NCBI GenBank assembly: GCA_009859145.1
Contig: VRVR01000042.1
Span: forward strand, 151,445-172,785
Reading direction: 5' to 3'
DNA length: 21,341 nucleotides
Source of the DNA: Andalucia godoyi And28
Lineage: Eukaryota; Protista; Jakobida
Shown here: one piece after another, positions 1-8,334 of the stretch
How positions within the stretch are numbered: position 1 is the stretch's first letter
Layout: each line of letters begins with the position of its first letter
Program-made: the position numbers and the translations under genes
Notes under the pieces: generated by a model
Databases searched by the model: none
The model's input: the letters and a program-made list of their open reading frames with translations, nothing else
What the model was told of the DNA's origin: nothing

Positions 1-27
1 TGTATGCTGCATACAACTCTCTGACTT

Positions 28-46
28 ACACACACACACACACACA
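28..46. repeat. (AC)n microsatellite
   Basis: Direct reading of the sequence. Confidence 0.95.
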
Positions 47-192
47 GAAGAAAATGCACAGGAAAAACAACGTTCCGAATCTCGTTGGCCACTTTTTAAA
101 TGTTATTTTTAATTCTCCACACTGGTATTCTTCAAGCGTCAAAAGAAAAAAAAAGATTTAGGAGAGATAACAGCCAAGAAACAAGAGACAGG

Positions 193-492
193 ATGCGTTT
201 GTTCTCACTTACTGCAAAGACCGTACTGGGAAGTTTTATTGCAAAGAAGATGATCCAGCATTATCTGCGCAACAACCCAGCGTTAGCGTCGTCGATATCG
301 CCGCAGATGCTGGATATGATGAGCCATACATTCAAAGCCGTAGCGAGAGCAGCAGGCCAGCTGGAGCATGCTTCTCAAGAGTTGTTTGAGTCGACCGCAG
401 ACCAGATGTTTTCAGGCAAGATTGGACATGGCCCTGCAAAGAGCCTCGGCAAAGTCTGCTTCAAAGTCGGGCGCTCCATCATGCCTATCTAA
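193..492 (+). CDS. Small orphan protein, 99 aa (MRLFSLTAK...); alternative in-frame ATG at 100
   Basis: Open frame in a GC-balanced block flanked by AT- and A-rich sequence. Purine-rich leader before ATG 193, TAA at 490-492. No family recognised. Confidence 0.45.
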   Translation: MRLFSLTAKTVLGSFIAKKMIQHYLRNNPALASSISPQMLDMMSHTFKAVARAAGQLEHASQELFESTADQMFSGKIGHGPAKSLGKVCFKVGRSIMPI

Positions 493-654
493 TTCCTTCT
501 AGAGCTTGCCAAATTACAGAATATACAGTAAAGTGTGAAAATCATGAAGAGTATTGCCGACACGCGTTGGTTCCCCTAAAAGAACGGGAGCGCTTCAGTT
601 CGCGCTTCTATTGAGGTCACATGAGCCCATCACCACCCACCACCATCTTTCACG

Positions 655-674
655 GTCGTCGTCGTCGTCGTCGT
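655..674. repeat. (GTC)n microsatellite, intergenic
   Basis: Direct reading of the sequence. Confidence 0.9.
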
Positions 675-873
675 CATCTTGTGAAACAAAAACACTCATG
701 CCACCCCGTGTTTGTCTCCACCGTGTGAATCCCGTTACAAATCTCTCCACGAAGACAAACCCAAGCAACTCCTCACACACATTTATTTACGGACACACAC
801 CCAAAAGAAAGGTGCTGGGTTCGGGGCTGCTTGGAGAGATTTCAGTGAGGTCGGCCACAGAGGAGAGGGGGAA

Positions 874-3800
874 ATGGGTGTTCAGTCGCTGTGGGAGCTG
901 CTGTCACCGTCTGCAACATACGTGTCTTTGAACTCCCTTCGCGGAAAGGTGCTTGCTGTTGATGCGTCCTTGTTCCTTTTGCAAATTGCAAAGGCGGTTC
1001 CAAACGTGCAGGACACGACTTCGTTTGGGTCTTCGTCGGATCCAAACGAAAACGCACAGCTGCGGGTGCTGTTTCATCGAATGTGCAAGCTCATTCACTA
1101 CGGGATCAAGCCGGTGTTTGTCTTCGATGGTGCGACTCCATCAGTGAAGCTCCGGACTTTGGAGCGCAGAAGAAAGGATCGATCCAGCATGGAGCGGAAG
1201 CTCGTTTCGCTGGCCAATCGGCTCATCATGGGGCAGATGCTTACGGATGCAGCATCGACAGAGCCATCGTCTTCCACGGAGAAGAACAAACCGTCCCTTG
1301 TCGGGAAGATGTTGCAAAACAGCAAAAAACCGAAGCAAAGCCCACGTCTGGACGACGACGATTCCTCGTGTGACGGGGAGAGCGTCGAAAGAGAAGCCGC
1401 AAGCAAACTAGAGAACAGCGACAAGGAAGAAAACGGAACGAAAGAACTTGCCGAATACTTCGCAACCGCGGAGGATAATTCTCTGGATATGAGCGGGATG
1501 TCGTACGATTCTCTGGACCGAGAGGAAATATCCAAACTTCCTTTGGAACTGCAATATGAGATCCTTTCTTCGTTACGATGGAAGCAGATTGCAGTGGTGC
1601 GTGAAGATGAAACTTTGTCGGAGTTGTTCAAGCAGAGCGCCGATGAATTTTCCACTGGCCAACTCAATCGGTTCTTGAAGGTGAACAAGATCACAAAGGA
1701 AGTGGAAGGATTAAGACAGCGGATGAACCAAGCCTCTGCACCAGTCTTCGAAGCAAAAGACGGTGTTGTGCAGCCTCTTTCCATTGAAGGAAAGAAAGCG
1801 GTCAAATTTGGGCGATTTGCATCAGATTCCAACCGAGAATGGGTGATGGTCCCCAGAAATCGGAAACGGGCTGCAGCCAGCGACGCCGACGAGGGTGATG
1901 GCAGCAGCGCAATCGAGGCCGCAGCGGAGCCCATTGCAGAGCACTCCTTGCGAGCTAACGTGGGCCAAGCACCGGCTAATCCGGGGCTTCCGTCGAGCGT
2001 TGTGGATGAACTCTTCCAGGATTTCAAGAGAACCCAAGATATCAAGGCTCTCGTTAGCAAACAGAAGCAAACGATTGCCTCTTCTCTTTCTTCCTCGGCT
2101 GCTATGGAAACTGCCGTCACTCGTTCTTCGCTGTTTTCCAGCAGTTCAGTTCGGCTACCGTTGTCATTGTCAGCAGAATCCCGTCTCACGGATACTTCCG
2201 CGGCCCACACCGCTGCGCTTCCAAACTCGTCGTCTTCGCAGAAGGGCTTCGCGTTGCCGAGTAGCGACGCCGACAGACAGGAGGATACAAGCTTGTTTGG
2301 CGGGTTTGTGGTCGAGAGCAACACGGGCACAGCGCTCGTCGACGAGCGTATTGTTGTTTCCGGATCCCCAACGGCAGAGCATACGAATCGCACCCGGAGT
2401 CTCAGAGCAACGACGTCCAATGGAGAGATAGATGCTAGGGATGAAGATAGCAGCAGTGACGGAGTTCCGGACACATTTTTGGATGATGTGCATATTGAGA
2501 TTGAGGTTCCAGGTGACATTTACGGGGTAGTCTGCAGCGACGTCGTGAGCAGCTCCGAAGCGTCGTCAGATGCTTCCGAGTCTGTTGACTTGAGAGCAGC
2601 TGTTGATGATGAAGAATTTGCGGACGAATTTGCAGAAGGACCAGTTGTTCATTCGAGTACCCTTCCGGAAAATGTCTCTGATACGCAAGATGACACTGAC
2701 TCGCAGGACTTCGATGCTGGGGAGGAAGACGTTTCTGTTCAAGAGGCTCTTCTGTCGGAAGGTAGAAATTCATTATCCCGTGGCTCTCTGCGAGCGGACG
2801 ACGCAGATTCGCAGGCGGTAACGAAAGTGGATGCAGAGCTAACTGTCGATTTCCTTGAACGAACCGAGGAAGAGCCGCTGGTTGCAATGGTGATTCGAGA
2901 GTCGGAAGAGTCTGATGATGGCATTGAAGAGCCTACTGCGCATGAACTCGAAGAACCGATTTTCCCTGTTCCTCAGTCAGAAAAGTCCTTGCATGAATTG
3001 ATATCTCAGCTGCGCGCTGAGCGCGAGAATCTCCGTCGCCAGATCAGCGCTCTGCGACTTGCTTCTGACCATTCAGCAGAGCTGTTTCTGGACTGCAGAG
3101 AGCTTCTCCAGCTGTTCGGCATCCCGTACGTGATGGCTCCGTACGAAGCCGACTCGCAATGCGCTTTTCTAAGCCAGAACAGTCTTGTCCACGGCGTCAT
3201 CTCGGAGGACTCGGACATGACAGTATTCGGTGCGACAAGAGTCTTTCGCCATGTTCTCGACAATGCTGCGTCGCATGTCCACTGTTACGATGGCACTCGT
3301 ATCCAGCAGGTCATGGGGCTCGACCAAGACTCCTTCATTGCACTTGCCTTCCTTCTTGGATCCGACTACACGGATGGCGTGAAGAACGTAGGGATTGTTA
3401 CGGCAATGGAAATTGTTGCGGCCCTCGGCCTGGCCGGGCTGAGCCTGTTTGCAAAGTGGCTGCGCGATTTTGCCTGGAACTATGCCCTCGAGTGCGAAGA
3501 CGATCCAGCCATTGTCGGCTTTTTTGACCGGTTTGCATCGTATCGGAGGCACTTTGAATTGCCAAACGACAGCTGGCCAGATCCCACGGTGATTGACGCA
3601 TACAAGAAGCCGGCCGTCGACACGTCTCTGGAGGCTTTCAAGTGGGGTAACATCCGGTATGATCTGCTGGATGCGTACTGCCGCGACCGATTCCGATGGG
3701 GACCCGACACTATTCAGCGCCATTTGAATCCTCTCAGACGTGCCTCCGCGCCTCTCCAGCTCTCCATGGATGCGTTCACCGAAGTGCGGCCTGTTGCCAA

Positions 3801-3984
3801 TATCGCTTCACAACGCTTGTACAATGCGATTTTCAGCTTGACAAACGGAAAGACGAGCATTCCCAAGCCCGCCGAACGCGAGCGACGGAAAAGATCAAGG
3901 AGGACAGAAGCCGACGAAAAGAAATTTGAAGGGCTCTCAAGACTCGCTTCCGATGACGACCTTTCTGACGGAGTGGACGACTGA
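874..3984 (+). CDS. XPG: XPG/RAD2 structure-specific endonuclease (nucleotide excision repair), 1036 aa
   Basis: N-domain MGVQSLWELL, LAVDAS and KPVFVFDG; UBM-like KLPLELQYEIL in a long acidic spacer; I-domain FGIPYVMAPYEADSQC and ISEDSD; H3TH LLGSDYTDGVKNVG; FKWG; PIP-like QLSMDAF; basic C-terminal NLS-like stretch. The long spacer distinguishes it from FEN1/EXO1. The track start at 712 is TTG. Confidence 0.93.
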   Translation: MGVQSLWELLSPSATYVSLNSLRGKVLAVDASLFLLQIAKAVPNVQDTTSFGSSSDPNENAQLRVLFHRMCKLIHYGIKPVFVFDGATPSVKLRTLERRRKDRSSMERKLVSLANRLIMGQMLTDAASTEPSSSTEKNKPSLVGKMLQNSKKPKQSPRLDDDDSSCDGESVEREAASKLENSDKEENGTKELAEYFATAEDNSLDMSGMSYDSLDREEISKLPLELQYEILSSLRWKQIAVVREDETLSELFKQSADEFSTGQLNRFLKVNKITKEVEGLRQRMNQASAPVFEAKDGVVQPLSIEGKKAVKFGRFASDSNREWVMVPRNRKRAAASDADEGDGSSAIEAAAEPIAEHSLRANVGQAPANPGLPSSVVDELFQDFKRTQDIKALVSKQKQTIASSLSSSAAMETAVTRSSLFSSSSVRLPLSLSAESRLTDTSAAHTAALPNSSSSQKGFALPSSDADRQEDTSLFGGFVVESNTGTALVDERIVVSGSPTAEHTNRTRSLRATTSNGEIDARDEDSSSDGVPDTFLDDVHIEIEVPGDIYGVVCSDVVSSSEASSDASESVDLRAAVDDEEFADEFAEGPVVHSSTLPENVSDTQDDTDSQDFDAGEEDVSVQEALLSEGRNSLSRGSLRADDADSQAVTKVDAELTVDFLERTEEEPLVAMVIRESEESDDGIEEPTAHELEEPIFPVPQSEKSLHELISQLRAERENLRRQISALRLASDHSAELFLDCRELLQLFGIPYVMAPYEADSQCAFLSQNSLVHGVISEDSDMTVFGATRVFRHVLDNAASHVHCYDGTRIQQVMGLDQDSFIALAFLLGSDYTDGVKNVGIVTAMEIVAALGLAGLSLFAKWLRDFAWNYALECEDDPAIVGFFDRFASYRRHFELPNDSWPDPTVIDAYKKPAVDTSLEAFKWGNIRYDLLDAYCRDRFRWGPDTIQRHLNPLRRASAPLQLSMDAFTEVRPVANIASQRLYNAIFSLTNGKTSIPKPAERERRKRSRRTEADEKKFEGLSRLASDDDLSDGVDD

Positions 3985-4038
3985 ATTGAATAGAACAAGA
4001 AAAGTAAAAACAAAACCGAAAAAAAAAAAGAAGAAAGA

Positions 4039-4059
4039 ACACACACACACACACACACA
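4039..4059. repeat. (AC)n microsatellite 3' of XPG
   Basis: Direct reading of the sequence. Confidence 0.95.
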
Positions 4060-4464
4060 AGTAATCTCTGTTTATTGTCATACATTGTCTGCAAATCATT
4101 CTGCACATAATCATCAGAAAACTGCCCTTTTCTATTTTGGAACAATCGCATAGGGGGAAAAAAAATAAAGAGAGGGAAAAAAGGGCAACGACTTAATGGA
4201 CGCGAGTGAATCAGAAAAAGAAAATGACATCATAAATTCAGACGCAACTTACTAATGACAAAAATCATCCTTTGCACTCACCGTCCATAGTTTGCCCGTG
4301 GAAAGAAGGAAGAAGAGGAATAGCAGCAACAAAAGAGAGAAGAGGATGGTGAAACGGGCTACATACTTTTTCTTCGTCTTTTTTTTTTCTTTTTCTTATT
4401 CTTTTCCCTCTGCCTTCTCTCCTTAGCTCTTGAAGAAGAAAATAGAGCGGGAAAACAACGAAAC

Positions 4465-4489
4465 CATCATCATCATCATCATCATCATC
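4465..4489. repeat. (CAT)n microsatellite, intergenic
   Basis: Direct reading of the sequence. Confidence 0.95.
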
Positions 4490-4971
4490 CAAGATACGGA
4501 GTCAGTGAAACCCTCAGACAAATGAATGGTAGCTCGAGAATTTTCGTCAATGAAGAAATCTCAGACAAATGCCTCTCACAAACATCACTGGGCTCAAGCG
4601 AAAGAAGAAGAAGAAGAAAAAACACAAAGATGGAAAGGGAAAAGAGGAAACAGGAGAAGAAAGTTGGGTTGAAACCAGACAGGGTTCCGAGAAAAAAAAG
4701 CGCGATAGCCGCTTAGACCCGAGACACGAGAATTTCTCTTTTTCTGACAAGCCTGACACTGCCTGACACATCCCAGTGACAATGCAAGTTGAATTCGCCA
4801 AAAGAACACAGACAGGAAGGATTTCCTATCAATATTTTTGTGTTTGTGTTTGTGTTTTGTTTTTTTGATTCTGCTTCTCCTTCTTGAAGCTTCCCTTTTC
4901 TGTGACTCGTTTTTCCGTTGCCGGTGTTGCATCACGAGGCTGCTTTCTACTTGGAAAAAGAGTGACGAATC

Positions 4972-7002
4972 ATGACGATCCTTGACACAATCAAGGATAA
5001 CAAGGTTGCGATCGGTGCTGTCGCTGGTGTGGTGGTTGTTGGTGCTGTTGCCTATGCACTGACTCGACCTGCCAAGCCTTCCACACCCTCCAAGAGCGAT
5101 CATTCTTCCACCGTTGCTGCCGTTCCACTTGCTGCTTCTGCCGAGAATGCAACCAAGAAGGAAGAGCCGGCAAAGTCTGCAGCACCTGCAGAGCAACAAC
5201 AGCAGGCACAGCAACAACAACAGCAAGTCCAACAGCAACGGCAAGCACAGAAAGTACAGTTGCAACCGGAAGTTGCATCTCCAAGCAGTGGGGCCTCAGT
5301 GGCCGTTGCTGCAGGATCATCTTCAGCGTCGTCAGCGTCATCATCCTCCTCCTCTTCGGCAGCAAGTGGTGTTGCTGCGGATGCGCCAAAACCAGCGTCT
5401 GAAAAGAAAAAGGCAAAGAAGAAGGAAGAAAAGGTTCTTGGACAGAATTACCGTAATGGAATCCTTGGAGTTTCCTTGCAGTTTTCCGAAGACTGGATCA
5501 AAGAAGAAAACCCGACCCCCGGTGTTCCGGTCAAGCTCGTTCGTTCAAACGCCAATGGAGTAGACGACGAGTCCGTTCCGCAAATTGTGTTGACGGTCGA
5601 GGACCTGCCTGCAGACATGTCCGTTGAACAGTATTGCGAAAATTCGAAGCAATCGATGGTGCAGACTGTGGGGCAATTTGGGGAACTGCAGTTTTTGTCT
5701 CAGGAGAAGATCAAGCTTGGAGATCGTGATGCTCTGTTGTTGGTTCACACACAGCAGTTCAAGATGGTCCCCATGCTCGATGCATCCGGAAACCAAATTC
5801 TCGGGGAGCTCAAGCTCAAGCAGTGCTCCATGATTACCGTTTCACGAAAACGTGCGTTTTCACTCCAGTACGTTGCTTCTTTCGATGCTTATCAATCGTG
5901 CCAGTCGGATGCAATTGCAGTGCTCAAGTCTCTCCGTGTAGATACAGACTCCGCAGTACTGTCCATCCAGGATGTCGCACAGCTGTCGATGGTGCGTTTT
6001 GAAGACAGACTCTCCGGCTTTGGGATTACGGTTCCTGCATCGTTGCACGTTCGTATCGCTCCGCAGGAGGGGATTGTTGCCGCATTTGTCAAGGATGACG
6101 CCCCGTTTTTCTCGGTCTCGCTGACGACGACGGTCTTGGACGATGAGCAGACGTCGAAACTTTCGTTGAAGGAGTTCACTGCGTTGAACAAGGCCAGAAT
6201 TCGGGAGTTCATGTCCCGTGCTGCAGTTTCGAACATCCGGCTTATGGATGACGACAAGGAATTGAAAATTGCTGGCGGCATGGAAGCAACCATGTTCACT
6301 TACATGCAAGACACGATGCAGACGGCGTATGTCCAATTCTTTGACAACGTCGAAGGTGACAAGAGACGGGCGTATGGCGTTGTTGTTTCCATGCTGGCTG
6401 TTGAATTTCTGCGCAACCGAGTGTTGATCAATGCGATTTTGGAGTCCGTTAAGCTTGTTCCGCGATTGGATGAAGCTGCAGCTGCTTCGAGTTTGGATGG
6501 AGGAGTTTCGCTGGTTTATCTGAACAGAAGATACGGAATCGAAGCCTCTGTTCCTGTTGGGTTTGAAATTCTTGAGGAAACCATGCCCGGAAACATTGTC
6601 ACGTTCGCCGGAATTCCGTCGGATCTTGCTGCGTCCATGAACTCTGGGATGGGGATGTCCCCAGTCAACATTCTGCAGCTGCACATCATGGTGGAATCCT
6701 TCCCGATGCCGTTGACACTGGATGAGCTCGAAGCGCATCTGAAGAAGCTCTCTTCCGAATTCTCTCCCTCCAGAACACCTCCCACATATTTCAATGAAAG
6801 CGACGTGGCCGTTGGTGGGCATCCAGGAAGAGAATTCTGGTTCAAGCATGTCGTTGCTCCCGATGTCGAGCTTTGGTATCTCAACAGATGCACTGTCCGT
6901 GGAAAGCAAGCGTACTATCTGCAGTTTGGAGCCATTGAGAAGCTTTTCCAAGCGGCAAAGGACGATGCAATTCGCTGCATGAATTCGTTCAAGACGTCGT
7001 AA
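4972..7002 (+). CDS. Uncharacterised protein, 676 aa: N-terminal transmembrane anchor, Q/S-rich linker, three tandem Mog1/PsbP/DcrB-like domains
   Basis: Hydrophobic segment aa 13-30 (AIGAVAGVVVVGAVAYAL) followed by TRPAK. Three units of about 155 aa (approx. nt 5449-5940, 5998-6456, 6517-6996) with matching start, middle and end motifs. Fold assignment is by pattern recognition only. Confidence 0.8.
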   Translation: MTILDTIKDNKVAIGAVAGVVVVGAVAYALTRPAKPSTPSKSDHSSTVAAVPLAASAENATKKEEPAKSAAPAEQQQQAQQQQQQVQQQRQAQKVQLQPEVASPSSGASVAVAAGSSSASSASSSSSSSAASGVAADAPKPASEKKKAKKKEEKVLGQNYRNGILGVSLQFSEDWIKEENPTPGVPVKLVRSNANGVDDESVPQIVLTVEDLPADMSVEQYCENSKQSMVQTVGQFGELQFLSQEKIKLGDRDALLLVHTQQFKMVPMLDASGNQILGELKLKQCSMITVSRKRAFSLQYVASFDAYQSCQSDAIAVLKSLRVDTDSAVLSIQDVAQLSMVRFEDRLSGFGITVPASLHVRIAPQEGIVAAFVKDDAPFFSVSLTTTVLDDEQTSKLSLKEFTALNKARIREFMSRAAVSNIRLMDDDKELKIAGGMEATMFTYMQDTMQTAYVQFFDNVEGDKRRAYGVVVSMLAVEFLRNRVLINAILESVKLVPRLDEAAAASSLDGGVSLVYLNRRYGIEASVPVGFEILEETMPGNIVTFAGIPSDLAASMNSGMGMSPVNILQLHIMVESFPMPLTLDELEAHLKKLSSEFSPSRTPPTYFNESDVAVGGHPGREFWFKHVVAPDVELWYLNRCTVRGKQAYYLQFGAIEKLFQAAKDDAIRCMNSFKTS

Positions 7003-7226
7003 AGAATGACAAAAAGCATCATCAAAAACAAGTAGATCTGCGTATTTCTCTCCCTTTCCCCCCTCCCGTGTCTTTCCGAAGGCAGCCATGTTCTCGCTTG
7101 CTACCATGTCTTTGTGATTATAAAGCAAACGCAGCTGTTCCCGTGCAGGTGTGTGCAACTCGGGTACGTTTCTTCTTTTTTCTCTGCATGCAAAATATAT
7201 GAATATCAGAAAAACACACACGCACA

Positions 7227-7260
7227 CAAAAGCAAAAGCAAAAGCAAAAGCAAAAGCAAA
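7227..7260. repeat. (CAAAAG)5 hexanucleotide repeat between convergent 3' ends
   Basis: Five full units plus a partial CAAA. Confidence 0.95.
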
Positions 7261-7371
7261 CTCACTCAGGAACAGTGGTAGATTCACAAGAATGGGGATT
7301 TTACACGCTCTCGCTCTACACGGATTTATATGGGTTTCAGTCAAACGATATCAAGTCAAGGTGTTGTTTGT

Positions 7372-7809
7372 TTAATCGACCTCGGCCATAGAAACGTCCT
7401 TGTCGGTGAACTTACCCTTCTCGGCCCCGAGGCCGGCAGCCTTGCGAGCAATGAGGTTGTTGCGATCCTTGTCAATCTTCAGCTTTGTGATGACAACGTT
7501 CGACGGGTCGATGGCAAGATTGGACTGTCCTCCGTTGGCCTTCTCGCGCTGGACACGGTCAACATAGATGCACATACGCTTGCGGTAGACTGCGGTGACC
7601 TTGCCTTCGCGCTTGAGAACCTTCTCTCCTCCACGGACGATCTGAACGGTGTCACCCTTTCGGACTGGGAGTGAGCGAACCTTGTGCTCGGCACGGAGGG
7701 ACTTGGACAACGGTGCCGACAGAAGCACCCGGCGAACAGACGACGGTGCCTTGAAGTGGTTCCGGCGGTTAACACGGCGCGATGAGGAAACTTGGCTGTT
7801 GAACTTCAT
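7372..7809 (-). CDS. RPL26: 60S ribosomal protein L26 (uL24), 145 aa
   Basis: [61 protein letters not shown] at 7809; the upstream track extension is low-complexity leader. Confidence 0.98.
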   Translation of the reverse strand: MKFNSQVSSSRRVNRRNHFKAPSSVRRVLLSAPLSKSLRAEHKVRSLPVRKGDTVQIVRGGEKVLKREGKVTAVYRKRMCIYVDRVQREKANGGQSNLAIDPSNVVITKLKIDKDRNNLIARKAAGLGAEKGKFTDKDVSMAEVD

Positions 7810-8001
7810 GGTAATCTCAGGAAAGAGCAGCAATACCCACACAAAGGAAAAGGAAGGAGAAAAAGAAGAAAGAAAAAGAAAAAGACACCCAAACCAAACC
7901 AAAAACAAAAGGAATTATTGGAATTGAAATCTGGGGAAATGGGACCCGTCAAAACACTCGGGGGAGCAATTGGGAGCCCTAAATGAAAAGGGTCTGCGGA
8001 A

Positions 8002-8014
8002 AAACCCTAGGGTT
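8002..8014. promoter_or_regulatory. Telo-box-like AAACCCTA within palindrome AACCCTAGGGTT, upstream of RPL26
   Basis: Exact sequence seen about 190 nt upstream of the RPL26 ATG; function inferred by analogy to plant ribosomal-protein promoters. Confidence 0.3.
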
Positions 8015-8334
8015 GCAACAAGACCAAGAGCTTTCCAGAGAAGGTCCGGCGTGCTTAAAAAACCTTCGCTAATGAAATGCTTAGGCCACCCAATGCACGT
8101 ACAGCAGATGATTCCGTTACTGATCCCGTGTTCTTTCTTTAGTATTATGGTTATTTTAAATTTCTTTTATTGGTTTTTTGGACGCACGCAGCATGCTGCA
8201 GTGCTGCGGCAGCTGAGCCGATCACGTCCCATGAATCGAACAGACACTTGTACATATGCAATAATTTAATTTTAAATATATAAAATATATAATAAAAAAA
8301 CAACATCAAACAAACAACAAGGAAGCACGAGACT

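Noticed and set aside
595-780. Short poly-Asp ORF; a similar one at 4265-4492
   Set aside because: Produced by intergenic GTC/CAT microsatellites, with stops close by and no support for coding.
1098-2519. 473-aa - strand ORF
   Set aside because: Antisense shadow of XPG; Ser-rich, no motifs.
4513-4571. 12-bp direct repeat CTCAGACAAATG with a 35-nt spacer, CRISPR-like spacing
   Set aside because: Only two short copies, eukaryotic context, no cas genes.
5860-7344. 494-aa - strand ORF
   Set aside because: Antisense to the PsbP-like gene; its N-terminus is translated microsatellite (FAFAFA).
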